Shown: piece by piece, positions 1 through 7,744 of the stretch | How positions within the stretch are numbered: position 1 is the first letter of the stretch | How the letters are laid out: each line of letters opens with the position of its first letter | IMG/VR virus record: IMGVR_UViG_3300048606_000052 | Location: 4,848 to 68,847 of that record | Source: a virus | Lineage: Duplodnaviria; Caudoviricetes | Direction: 5' to 3' (one strand) | Length of the DNA: 64,000 nt | Position numbers and translations under genes: made by a program | The notes under the pieces: generated by a model | Told to the model about the DNA's origin: nothing | Databases searched by the model: none | Seen by the model: the letters and a program-made list of their open reading frames with translations, nothing else

Positions 1-106
1 TGAGTGACCATCGGTGCTCGGCGAACCGGGCGTCGCCGGCGTCGATGATGGCGTGCGCCCGGATGCTGCCATCGCGCCGGCAAAGCGGAATGAGGACGTC
101 GGTCAC
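1..106 (-). CDS. HNH(-AP2) homing endonuclease, N-terminal part (runs off left edge)
   Basis: Hand translation from GTG at 106 (GTGA overlap with stop at 103): MTDVLIPLCRRDGSIRAHAIIDAGDARFAEHRWSL; 24/32 identical to the N-terminus of the HNH-AP2 protein at 37282-37755. Confidence 0.75.
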   Translation of the reverse strand, partial: MTDVLIPLCRRDGSIRAHAIIDAGDARFAEHRWSL

Positions 107-552
107 GACTTCACCCGGTCGGCGGGGTTCCAGCGTGGCGCGGGGTTCGCCTCGAGCCACTCGCGGGTCCGGGGCGGTGTCCGCACGTGCTCGGGCGCGG
201 TGGCCTCGCGCAACGCCTTGCGTGCCAGGTTGTGCGCGTTGGCGACCTGCGAGCGGCGCACGAGCTCGACCGTCCAGCCGCGGGAGGGCTTGCCCTGCGC
301 GAAGGCGCGCGCGACGGCGTCGCAGTCAGTCCGGAACGTGAGGTCTCGCACGTCCCACTCCTTCGCGATCGACCACGCGAAGCGCATCGCCGCGATCTCG
401 GCGTCGCCGCTCGAGCGGGCGTGCGCGTAGGTCCGGTGATTGCCGAGCGCGCCGGCGACGCCGAGGCCTGCGATGCCAGACCCGCCGCCGCTGCCGGCGT
501 GCCGAAACGACGCGTCCACGCAGACGACCCGATCGTCATCGGGCTCGGTCAT
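103..552 (-). CDS. RNase H-like (type I / RVT_3-like) protein
   Basis: Motifs VCVDAS, DAEIAA, FRTDCDAV, NAHNLAR match the RNase HI D-E-D core with an AHxLA variant; ATGA overlap with upstream gene. Confidence 0.7.
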   Translation of the reverse strand: MTEPDDDRVVCVDASFRHAGSGGGSGIAGLGVAGALGNHRTYAHARSSGDAEIAAMRFAWSIAKEWDVRDLTFRTDCDAVARAFAQGKPSRGWTVELVRRSQVANAHNLARKALREATAPEHVRTPPRTREWLEANPAPRWNPADRVKS

Positions 553-788
553 CGCACGAGGCGGCGGCCGCGGGGCTCGACGACGTCGGGCCCCAGGTTC
601 GTGCGGGTGCAGCCCGGCGAGTGCCCGCCGCCCGTCGCGTCGGGCTGCTGCAGACACTCTGAGCAGCTCGTGAGGATCGCCGGCCGCCGCGGGCGGTGGC
701 GAAGGATCCGCCGCTTGCAGTCGCAGCCCGGGAAGCCGCAGCCGGCGTTGCCGTGCCAGTCATCGGAGTGCACGCAGCAGCCGATCAT
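549..788 (-). CDS. Small Cys/His-rich putative Zn-binding protein
   Basis: CCxH..H..CxxxxCxC and CxxC..H..C; coupled by ATGA overlaps at both ends. Confidence 0.55.
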   Translation of the reverse strand: MIGCCVHSDDWHGNAGCGFPGCDCKRRILRHRPRRPAILTSCSECLQQPDATGGGHSPGCTRTNLGPDVVEPRGRRLVR

Positions 789-913
789 CGGTACAGCGGC
801 TGGCCGGTCAGCTTGCGCCAGCCGAGCACGACGAAGCCGAGGGTGACGACCGCGCCGGGGATGGTGAGGACCGCGCCGATGGCCTCGGCGGCGTCCAGCA
901 GAGAGGTCGCCAT
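785..913 (-). CDS. Small single-pass membrane protein (42 aa)
   Basis: MATSLLDAAEAIGAVLTIPGAVVTLGFVVLGWRK; hydrophobic span, ATGA overlap downstream. Confidence 0.55.
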   Translation of the reverse strand: MATSLLDAAEAIGAVLTIPGAVVTLGFVVLGWRKLTGQPLYR

Positions 914-915
914 GC

Positions 916-1245
916 TCAGCGCCGCAGGAGCCTGGCGAGCTCGTCGCGCTGACGATCGGACAGGCCGCCCATCGTCTTGCTCGGCGAGATCCGGCATTGC
1001 GTGAGGATCTTGTTGACCTTCACGCGGCCGTATTTCGGCACGGCCAAGAGCAGGTCGAAGACCTTCGCGGTCTCGATGTACGCGGGCGGGCTGGCGAGCA
1101 GGTCGTGGATGCTGACGCGGCCACCCTTCATGTCGCGCTTGAGCTGCGCGCGACGTGTGCGGATGACGTTGGCGCGCTCGAGCGCGTCTAGGCGCTGCAT
1201 GAGCGACCGCTCGGGCGCGGTCGAATGCTGCGAAGCGGTAGGCAT
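916..1245 (-). CDS. mihF: Actinobacterial integration host factor (mIHF/sIHF, H2TH fold)
   Basis: QRLDALERANVIRTRRAQLKRDMKGG...AKVFDLLLAVPKYGRVKVNKILTQCRISPSKTMGGLSDRQR is the characteristic mIHF signature; GGAGG SD upstream. Confidence 0.93.
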   Translation of the reverse strand: MPTASQHSTAPERSLMQRLDALERANVIRTRRAQLKRDMKGGRVSIHDLLASPPAYIETAKVFDLLLAVPKYGRVKVNKILTQCRISPSKTMGGLSDRQRDELARLLRR

Positions 1246-1270
1246 GGCTGACGGCCTCCGGGATTCGTAG

Positions 1271-1293
1271 GGGGTTGCGCCTCACACTGTAGC
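1271..1293 (-). promoter_or_regulatory. Recurrent promoter motif copy (GCTACAGTGTGAGGCGCAACCCC) upstream of mihF
   Basis: TACAGT -10-like hexamer followed by GCAACCCC and SD; same layout at several other loci. Confidence 0.65.
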
Positions 1294-1398
1294 GGACGGG
1301 TGCCGCTCTATGCGACCTTTCGGCGCTTGCCGGCCATCGCCCCACCTCGACGCCGGTACAGCTCGACGCTCACGAGGCCGAGGCGGGCGGAGGGGATG

Positions 1399-1512
1399 TC
1401 AGCAGAGCGGCGAGCGCGTGAACGCGTGGCAGGCGAGATCGAAGAGGCTGCCGATGCCGTGGAAAAAGAGGGCGCCCGCCTTCAACGCGAACGCCAGCCC
1501 GGTGTCTCTCAT
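1399..1512 (-). CDS. Small hydrophobic protein (37 aa)
   Basis: Hand translation MRDTGLAFALKAGALFFHGIGSLFDLACHAFTRSPLC; ATGA overlap with stop of 1509-1718. Confidence 0.4.
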   Translation of the reverse strand: MRDTGLAFALKAGALFFHGIGSLFDLACHAFTRSPLC

Positions 1513-1718
1513 GCCGGCTTGACGAGCAGCTTGAAGCCGAACGTCGCGCCGAGGGTCATCGCGACGTTCGCGATCTTCGACACCTTCGTTGGCACCTTGA
1601 CGCCGATGACCGGCAAGAGGTACAGCAGCGTGCCGACGAGCGACAGCGCCACCGAGCCGATCGCGGCCGGGTTGCGAGTCAGGGCATTCACGGCTTGCTC
1701 GGGTACGGGCTTGGCCAT
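1509..1718 (-). CDS. Two-TM membrane protein, holin-like
   Basis: 69 aa with two hydrophobic spans and short basic C-terminus. Confidence 0.6.
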   Translation of the reverse strand: MAKPVPEQAVNALTRNPAAIGSVALSLVGTLLYLLPVIGVKVPTKVSKIANVAMTLGATFGFKLLVKPA

Positions 1719-1798
1719 CGTGGGCTCCTATCGACGGTTGGGTGCGGCCACACTCACACTATCGGCGGTCCGTCGCCGCGCGGCCATCCGAGAAGCGG

Positions 1799-1826
1799 CG
1801 AAGCCGCCTTGATCGGGGCGGCTTCG
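1799..1826. terminator. Stem-loop (10-bp stem CGAAGCCGCC/GGCGGCTTCG)
   Basis: Perfect inverted repeat in intergenic DNA; no U-tract. Confidence 0.4.
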
Positions 1827-1909
1827 CGGTACGTCGGGGAGGTGATCCGTTCGGAGGTTCGCCGGGGGGGAGGGGCGGCGGGCTCCGGGCGCGGAGTCTG
1901 ACAGACGAC

Positions 1910-1942
1910 GGCCCCGCCTGCCTATGCCGTACAGGCGGGGCC
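1910..1942 (-). terminator. Stem-loop (11-bp stem) just downstream of Rpf-like gene
   Basis: GGCCCCGCCTG / CAGGCGGGGCC, 17 nt after the stop at 1960. Confidence 0.5.
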
Positions 1943-1959
1943 GCGCGCGATCCTACGCG

Positions 1960-2448
1960 CTACGGGCAGTTGGGCCAGGGGTCGCCGCCGTGGATCGCGT
2001 CCCAGCGGACAGCTCGCGCGTCCTGCTCAAGCCTCGACGGGTGCCAGCTCCAGGCGCCGACCGGGCGGCCGTCGCGCATCCTGCCGCCGGCGCCGGCCCA
2101 CGCCCGCGGCTCGAATTGGTGGGCGTAGTAGAACCCATTCCCGGTCGTGTCGAGGCGGTAGCCGCCGTCGTGGCCCGACTCGCATTGCATCCGGGCTCGC
2201 AGGCGGGCGGGCCCGTAGCGTCGCACCGCGGCGCGCCAATGGTGGCGCACCTCCTTTCGGGCGACGCGGGTCCGGCAGCGCTTGGTGTCGCACGCCGGGC
2301 GGGCGGGCGCCCGCTCGAGCTGCGGCGGGCGTGGGGGCTGCTGAGGTGACGCGGCGGGCGTGTCCTGGCCCGCGGCGGCCGCCGGGATGAGCGCGGCGGC
2401 GGGGATGGCGACGGCCAGCAGCGACCGTCTTGTCGTGGGGGTGAGCAT
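1960..2448 (-). CDS. Secreted resuscitation-promoting-factor (Rpf)-like lytic transglycosylase
   Basis: Signal peptide (TRRSLL, possibly Tat); MQCESG...TGNGFYYAHQFEPRAWAGAGG...SRLEQ...WPNC aligns with the Rpf CESG/NGYYGGLQF/W..YGG/EQ/WPxC pattern. Confidence 0.8.
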   Translation of the reverse strand: MLTPTTRRSLLAVAIPAAALIPAAAAGQDTPAASPQQPPRPPQLERAPARPACDTKRCRTRVARKEVRHHWRAAVRRYGPARLRARMQCESGHDGGYRLDTTGNGFYYAHQFEPRAWAGAGGRMRDGRPVGAWSWHPSRLEQDARAVRWDAIHGGDPWPNCP

Positions 2449-2505
2449 GAGCAGCCTCGCCCCGCAGAGCTCGTCGCGGCGGGTGATCCGCCGCCGAGGC
2501 CTCGC

Positions 2506-2530
2506 GTTCCTATGGTCTGACCATAGGAAC
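2506..2530. promoter_or_regulatory. 25-bp palindrome GTTCCTATGGTC-T-GACCATAGGAAC upstream of Rpf-like gene
   Basis: Perfect 12-bp inverted repeat with 1-nt spacer; each arm contains TATGGT (TAnnnT). Confidence 0.6.
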
Positions 2531-2574
2531 CGCAGGCCGCGCCGCGGGCCGGTGGCGGCCTCCTTCCGGTCGTG

Positions 2575-2745
2575 TTACCGGACGCGCAGCGATGCGCTCC
2601 GCTGGTTGAGGTTGCGGCGCCGTCGGGGCACCGCGCGGACAAGAGCTCGAAGGGCCGCCGGCAGCGGGCGGCGTGGTGCGTCGTTGATCGCGCCTGAGCG
2701 CTCGAGCACGTCGCGGATCGCGGTCGTCGTCGTCATGCGCCTCAT
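2575..2745 (-). CDS. Small basic hypothetical protein
   Basis: GGAG SD before ATG at 2745; fills gap in operon. Confidence 0.45.
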   Translation of the reverse strand: MRRMTTTTAIRDVLERSGAINDAPRRPLPAALRALVRAVPRRRRNLNQRSASLRVR

Positions 2746-2749
2746 GGTC

Positions 2750-3295
2750 CTACTCCCCGGTGTGTGGCCGGGCATCGGGCCCGGCGGTTGGCTCCCCCAG
2801 CTCCCCTCGCGCCTCGGCGGCCTCCTGGCGATCGATGGCGTCCGGGAAGATCGCGGCGAGCTTGCGGCGGACCTTCGCGGCATAGCCGCCGCCAGCGTCG
2901 GCGTCGAGCATCGCGAGGACCGTGTGCAGCAGCTCGGCGACGGCGTCGCGTTGGCCCTCGAGCGTGGCGCGGCGCTGCTCGACGTCGCAGACCTGCCGGC
3001 GTAGCGCCGCGACCTGCGCGGCGATGGCCGCGCGTTCGCTGGCGGGCATCGTGTCCTCGGCGAGCTGGCGGGCCTGCAGCGCTTCCTTCGCGGCGCGGAC
3101 GAACGCGAGCGCCTCGACGCCAGCGCGGCCCGGCCCGGGGCCTGGCGGCGTGAGTCTGTACGCGGCGCTCAGCGCCAGCCGGGCGTAGGTCAGCAGCTCG
3201 GCCGGGAAGTCCGGCAGCTCGGGCGGCCGGTCGTCGTCGTGCGGCGGGATCTCCGACTCGTCGCGGCGCAACGCGGGATCGGGCGGCACGGTCAT
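2750..3295 (-). CDS. Hypothetical protein, coiled-coil central region
   Basis: Ala/Glu/Arg-rich helical ORF; ATGA coupled. Confidence 0.65.
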   Translation of the reverse strand: MTVPPDPALRRDESEIPPHDDDRPPELPDFPAELLTYARLALSAAYRLTPPGPGPGRAGVEALAFVRAAKEALQARQLAEDTMPASERAAIAAQVAALRRQVCDVEQRRATLEGQRDAVAELLHTVLAMLDADAGGGYAAKVRRKLAAIFPDAIDRQEAAEARGELGEPTAGPDARPHTGE

Positions 3296-3477
3296 CTCGC
3301 GTCGCCGCCGTTGTAGATCGTGACCGTCGTCTGCTCGACCTGCACGTGGTGCCCCGTCGCCCTGGCGTGCTGCGCGGCCGTCCCGGCGGCGTTGCGCGCC
3401 TCAGACTCCCAGCCGCACGTCACGCAATGCGCGAGGACGCCCAGCAGCCCGGAGCGCTTCGAGGGCGGCGCTTTCAT
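3292..3477 (-). CDS. Small C2H2-type Zn-finger protein
   Basis: HCVTCGW...AAQHARATGH. Confidence 0.65.
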   Translation of the reverse strand: MKAPPSKRSGLLGVLAHCVTCGWESEARNAAGTAAQHARATGHHVQVEQTTVTIYNGGDAR

Positions 3478-3698
3478 GGCGTGCCCCACGGGTCGGTTCC
3501 GGGCGCGCGGACGTGCTCGATGTAGAGCGCGCCGTGCACGCCGCCGAGTTCGTCGCGGACCTCCCAGTAGCCGCTGCCGCCGTTGCTCACGACTTGCCCC
3601 AGGTTCCACTCTGAGCGCGCTGGATAGCGCCACTCGCACGGGTCGCCGGCCTTGAGCGCTTCGGTGGCGCGCAGGGCGTCGATGTCGCCGAGGCTCAT
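3474..3698 (-). CDS. Small hypothetical protein (SH3/KOW-like beta pattern)
   Basis: ATGA overlaps both ends; GDPCEW...GQVV...WEV. Confidence 0.55.
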   Translation of the reverse strand: MSLGDIDALRATEALKAGDPCEWRYPARSEWNLGQVVSNGGSGYWEVRDELGGVHGALYIEHVRAPGTDPWGTP

Positions 3699-4090
3699 CG
3701 CGCGAGGTGCGGCAGCGTCAGGGACAGGACGTGCACCGTGGCGCCGGCGAAGCCGAGGCCGAAGACCGGCCGGATGACCTCCCACGCCAGCGTTGGGCGC
3801 GCGGCGCGGCGGCGGCGCGTCAGCGGCCGGCGGCGAGGTCGACGCTTCGGCGCGGGCTTGCGCTTCGGCGGCTTCGGTGGCGCGGCGGCCTTCGGCTTCG
3901 CTGGCGTCGCGGGCTTCGGCTTGACGGTCACGGCGCCCGGCGGCTCCCACGTGTGCCGGACGTAGTCGGTCGCGCAGACGTGCGGCGGTGGGTGCCCAGC
4001 CGGGAGCGTGCACTTGATGTGGCCGCTCGGCTCGCCGTGCGCGTTGGGCATCGGCTGTCCACACGTTCGCTTGCGGCGCCGCGCGCTCAT
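3695..4090 (-). CDS. Hypothetical protein: Cys/His knuckle, Lys/Pro/Arg-rich linker, C-terminal TM
   Basis: CxxxxxxxH...CxLxxGHxxxHxC, KPKPATPAKPK repeat, hydrophobic tail. Confidence 0.55.
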   Translation of the reverse strand: MSARRRKRTCGQPMPNAHGEPSGHIKCTLPAGHPPPHVCATDYVRHTWEPPGAVTVKPKPATPAKPKAAAPPKPPKRKPAPKRRPRRRPLTRRRRAARPTLAWEVIRPVFGLGFAGATVHVLSLTLPHLAR

Positions 4091-4509
4091 CGGATCTTCT
4101 TGCCCTTCGGCATCCCGCCGGAGCGCTTGCCGCCGGACCGGCCGCCGCCGCGTGAGCTCAGCGGCGACTTGCCGGGCGCGAGGATGCCGCCGCCGCGGCT
4201 GCTCGACGACTTGCGGGCGCTGCTGCCGGCCTGGCGGGACTTGCGCGCCGGCGCACGCGTCGAGCGCTTCGGCGCCTTCGTGCGCTGGCTGCTCGGTTGC
4301 GTCCACGGCGCAATCGCGCGGCGTGCCTGGCGCTTCTCGCGACGCGTCGGCGGCTTCGGCGGGTTCATCACCCTGCGATGCGCCTCGCGCGACGCCGGCG
4401 AATCGCCGAAAAGGTGGCGCTTGCCCTCTTCGTGTTTCGTGCCCGCGAGCGGGTTGCGGACCGGGTCGGGGTCCTGCTCGGGCGGCTTCCTCCCGAAGCC
4501 CCACATCAC
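4087..4509 (-). CDS. Highly basic low-complexity protein
   Basis: R/K/S/G-rich; GTGA and ATGA coupling at both ends. Confidence 0.5.
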   Translation of the reverse strand: MMWGFGRKPPEQDPDPVRNPLAGTKHEEGKRHLFGDSPASREAHRRVMNPPKPPTRREKRQARRAIAPWTQPSSQRTKAPKRSTRAPARKSRQAGSSARKSSSSRGGGILAPGKSPLSSRGGGRSGGKRSGGMPKGKKIR

Positions 4510-4841
4510 GACCCGCCCTCTACCGGTTCGGCCGCGGCCATGAGAACGGCGTAGAGGCGCAGCCCGGCGATCATGCCGAGCTTGAGGTCTGGCAGGTCGT
4601 CGGGGTACGGAAACGGCGGCTCCGGTGACGACTCAGCGCGGTCAAGCGGCGCGTTCGTGCAGATTCGCTGAGCCTTGTAGGGCTCGTCCTGCTCGATGTA
4701 GTGCGCCACGCGGCCGATTACCCGCAGGGCGTCTTCGGTCGGCACGTTCCACCCCTTGAGCAGACGATAGGCAGCGGTCAGGCGATGCTCGGGGACCGGC
4801 TGGCCCAGTGCGTCATACAGGCCTGTGCTGTCGGCGCTCAT
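4506..4841 (-). CDS. Hypothetical protein
   Basis: Normal composition ORF, ATGA coupled. Confidence 0.6.
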   Translation of the reverse strand: MSADSTGLYDALGQPVPEHRLTAAYRLLKGWNVPTEDALRVIGRVAHYIEQDEPYKAQRICTNAPLDRAESSPEPPFPYPDDLPDLKLGMIAGLRLYAVLMAAAEPVEGGS

Positions 4842-5308
4842 GCGACCGTGGCGGTAGCGGCGGCCGTGACCTGGCGCGCTTTGCGCGCGGCGATCGACGC
4901 GACGTTGGAGCGCAGCGCGTTGAGGTAGGCGGGGCTGCACGTGTCGAGCTGCTCGAGGCCGTGCAGGTAGCCGCGGGTCGCGGGGTCAGGCTCGGCGTTG
5001 GCGAGCGTCTGTAGGTGCTCGCGCGCTTCGGCGACGCGGTCGGCTTCGGTCATCGCGTCGGGGTGCTGCGGCGCAGTGCCGGCGCGGCGGCGCTCGAGCA
5101 GCTCGCGGGCGGGCGCGGCCCACACGAGGTGCTTGGCGGCCTCGGCGACGTGCTCGCGCGCGATCTCGTCGAGGTCCTCGTCTGTGCGTGCGGCGCAGAA
5201 GCCCGGGTAGACGGCGCCCCCGAGGCCTTCGGCGCGGATGCTCTGCGCGGCCGTCGCGGCGATGGCGATATGCGGAACGGTCGGCTCGATCGTGGCGTTG
5301 TGGGGCAT
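4838..5308 (-). CDS. Hypothetical early protein
   Basis: First gene after promoter motif at 5327-5354; GAAGGA SD. Confidence 0.65.
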   Translation of the reverse strand: MPHNATIEPTVPHIAIAATAAQSIRAEGLGGAVYPGFCAARTDEDLDEIAREHVAEAAKHLVWAAPARELLERRRAGTAPQHPDAMTEADRVAEAREHLQTLANAEPDPATRGYLHGLEQLDTCSPAYLNALRSNVASIAARKARQVTAAATATVA

Positions 5309-5326
5309 GGTGCGGGTCCTTCCGGC

Positions 5327-5354
5327 GGGGTTGCTCTGTGCTACAGAGTGTAGC
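5327..5354 (-). promoter_or_regulatory. Recurrent promoter/operator with full palindrome GCTACA-GAG-TGTAGC (5340-5354) plus GCAACCCC
   Basis: Near-identical to copies at 11719-11745 and 13063-13090. Confidence 0.75.
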
Positions 5355-5427
5355 GCATGGCCGCAGTTAGCGCGAGTCCCCATTCGAGCGCCCGACGGCA
5401 AGGCCGCCGGGCGCTGGGACGAGGGGG

Positions 5428-5733
5428 TCAGGCGGACGTGCACCCGACGAACGCGGAGCCGAAGTACTGCGGCGGGTCCTCGTTCGACACGGTGACGCGC
5501 ATGTAGCACGTCTGCGCCCCCGGATGCTGGACGCTATCGCGGGAGAACACGAACGACCGCGAATACGCGTTCGGGTCAGACGCGGCGACCTGGCAGCCCG
5601 TGTAGAACGACGCGCACTCTTCCTGCGCGACGGCGGCTTGCACGTCATAGCTCGAGGCCGACGCCGCGGCGGCCGGCAGGACGAACGCGGCGGCTGCCGC
5701 GATCGGGACGACGATGAGAGTAAGACGCTTCAT
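5428..5733 (-). CDS. Small secreted protein with 4 Cys
   Basis: Sec signal MKRLTLIVVPIAAAAAFVLPAAAASA; AGGAG SD. Confidence 0.7.
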   Translation of the reverse strand: MKRLTLIVVPIAAAAAFVLPAAAASASSYDVQAAVAQEECASFYTGCQVAASDPNAYSRSFVFSRDSVQHPGAQTCYMRVTVSNEDPPQYFGSAFVGCTSA

Positions 5734-5889
5734 CTAGCTCCTTCGGTTGGTTTGCGGGTGAGGCCGCACCGGCCGGTCAGCCGGTGCACGGAGGCGAGCG
5801 CGGAGCGCCATGAGGCGCATGAGCTCGGCGCGGATACAGGCGCGCTCGACGAGGCGCGCGCGCGTTCGTTCGCTGCTGGCGGTGATCAT
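5734..5889 (-). CDS. Small hypothetical protein (51 aa)
   Basis: Hand translation MITASSERTRARLVERACIRAELMRLMALRARL...; GGGAGG SD and ATGA overlap. Confidence 0.45.
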   Translation of the reverse strand: MITASSERTRARLVERACIRAELMRLMALRARLRAPADRPVRPHPQTNRRS

Positions 5890-6299
5890 GGGTCCTCCCG
5901 GATGGTTGGGGTGCCTTTAGGGGTTGCGTCGAGAAGTTGGGAGGCGTCGGCGAGCAGGCTGCTCAGCGCGGCGCGGCGTGCACCGCGGGCAAGCCGGCCG
6001 GGCCAGACGACGACGAGGGCGTCGGCGACGCTGCCGGGCAACTCGACGGCGAAGACGAGCGCGGCCAGGCGATCGTTGAGGGCGTCGCCGATCGACACGC
6101 CGACCGCGATCTCGCATTCCTCGAAGCCGATCCATACCTTCGGCAGCGGCAGCTCATAGTTGGCGAACTCGGCCCACGCCGTGAAGCGCCCACGCGTCCA
6201 ACGGCCCGCCCACGCGTAGCGACGGAAGCGATCCCAGCGGCCGCCGTCGAAGAGCGTCACGAGCCCGATCCGATCGTGTTGAAACCGCAGTGCGGGCAC
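5886..6299 (-). CDS. Hypothetical protein
   Basis: ORF in operon, Trp-rich N-terminus. Confidence 0.55.
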   Translation of the reverse strand: MPALRFQHDRIGLVTLFDGGRWDRFRRYAWAGRWTRGRFTAWAEFANYELPLPKVWIGFEECEIAVGVSIGDALNDRLAALVFAVELPGSVADALVVVWPGRLARGARRAALSSLLADASQLLDATPKGTPTIREDP

Positions 6300-6502
6300 G
6301 GGAGACCGTCACGGTCCTCGTGCGTGCCGGCCGCACGACACGCGTCGAGGCGCCGCTGGTTCTCGGCGATCCGCCGCCGCAGCGCGGGCGTGTCCGCGGC
6401 GTAGCGCTCGGCCAGCGCTCGTGAGTAGCCGAGGCCCATCCACTCTTCGGTAGTGACCGGCACGTCGAGCTCGCGACCGTCCCACACGAGCCGCTCGGTC
6501 AT
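6257..6502 (-). CDS. Small protein with C-terminal CPxCG zinc ribbon
   Basis: DAC...H...CPHCG; ATGA overlap. Confidence 0.55.
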   Translation of the reverse strand: MTERLVWDGRELDVPVTTEEWMGLGYSRALAERYAADTPALRRRIAENQRRLDACRAAGTHEDRDGLPCPHCGFNTIGSGS

Positions 6503-7305
6503 GCGGCCACCGGCACGAGCGGCCAGTCTTCGCGGACGCGGTCGGCGTCGGCGTGCTTGCCCTGCTGGCGGAAGTGGACGGCGAGGCCTCGCGCCTGAAA
6601 GCCGTACCAGCGGACCTGCGCGGCGTGCAGCGCGGCCGGGTCGCACCGAATGCGGTCCCACTCGGCCTGCAGCGGGTTGCGTTCGTAGTCGTCGCGGCGG
6701 ATGACGAGCGCGTCGCGGCAGATTCGGCGCGCCAGGAAAGCGGCCAGGCGGGCGTCATAGTCGGCGTCGTGGCCGTCTGCGCCGGTCGTCACGCGGTACC
6801 ACTCGGCCATCGGCCCGAGCTTGCGCGAGCCCGGGCGGTAGCGGTGGATGTGTTTGTCGATGGTGAGCGGGTCGATGGCGAGCAGCGGCCCGCGGTCCTG
6901 TAGCGGCGTGACGCCGCAGCGGCGCGCCTCCCGGTCGAGGACGGTCAGGTCGTAGGGGGCGTTGAATACGACGATCGGGCAGCCGTCGGGGCGGGCGGCG
7001 AGCGTGTCGATGATCGCGGGGACAGCGTCGCCGGCGAGCTCGCCGACCTCGCGCGCCTGCTCGGTCGTGATGCCGTGCACCGCGGTTGCGCCGGCGGGGA
7101 TCTCGACGTCGGGGTCGACGATCCACGAACGCGACACGGTCGGGCGGCGCCCGCCGATCTCGAGCACCGAAGCGGTCACGATCCTGGCGCGCGTCGGCTC
7201 CGGATCAGTCGTCTCGAGGTCGAGGCTGACGAACCGGCAGTCGAACCACGGGGTGCCCGTGAAGGGCTGCGGCTCGGGCTCGACGAGGTCGCGGATGCTC
7301 GTCAC
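6499..7305 (-). CDS. DEDDh 3'-5' exonuclease (DnaQ / Pol III epsilon-like)
   Basis: SLDLETT (ExoI), VHGIT, VFNAPYDLTVL (ExoII), HDADYDA (ExoIII). Confidence 0.9.
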   Translation of the reverse strand: MTSIRDLVEPEPQPFTGTPWFDCRFVSLDLETTDPEPTRARIVTASVLEIGGRRPTVSRSWIVDPDVEIPAGATAVHGITTEQAREVGELAGDAVPAIIDTLAARPDGCPIVVFNAPYDLTVLDREARRCGVTPLQDRGPLLAIDPLTIDKHIHRYRPGSRKLGPMAEWYRVTTGADGHDADYDARLAAFLARRICRDALVIRRDDYERNPLQAEWDRIRCDPAALHAAQVRWYGFQARGLAVHFRQQGKHADADRVREDWPLVPVAA

Positions 7306-7484
7306 GACATCCGCCGATCGACGACCCGCACGACGTCGGGCCGGAACGCGGTCCAGACCGCGCGCCACGCGCGCGCATCCTTCTCGGTTCGCGCTTCGAT
7401 CATCCCGAACGTGAACAGGAGGGCGAGCAGCTCAAGGGCGACACGCTGACGTAGGCGCGGCAGGAAGCGGCGAATGCTCGTCAT
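7302..7484 (-). CDS. Small hypothetical protein
   Basis: ATGA/GTGA coupled. Confidence 0.5.
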   Translation of the reverse strand: MTSIRRFLPRLRQRVALELLALLFTFGMIEARTEKDARAWRAVWTAFRPDVVRVVDRRMS

Positions 7485-7744
7485 GCGCAGCCGCCCTCGT
7501 GGCCGAGCGGCTTGGTGCACGTGAGCCAGCCGTGGCCGCGCAGCTCGAGCCCTCTGCCGCATAGGCGCTCCGGTGCCGCGTCCGTGATGAGCGCTTCGGC
7601 GCAGGGCGCGCAGACGAGCGTGACGCTGTCCCCGTCCTCGACGGCGAGTTGCGCGCGGCCGTGGCAGCGATCGCACGGCGGGGCGTTCGGCGGCGGCGTG
7701 CCGAGCGTGATGTCACCCGAGGCGGTGAGAACGCGCAGGCTCAT
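7481..7744 (-). CDS. Small Zn-finger protein
   Basis: CDRC...CAPC and C...CTKPLGHEGGC. Confidence 0.6.
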   Translation of the reverse strand: MSLRVLTASGDITLGTPPPNAPPCDRCHGRAQLAVEDGDSVTLVCAPCAEALITDAAPERLCGRGLELRGHGWLTCTKPLGHEGGCA

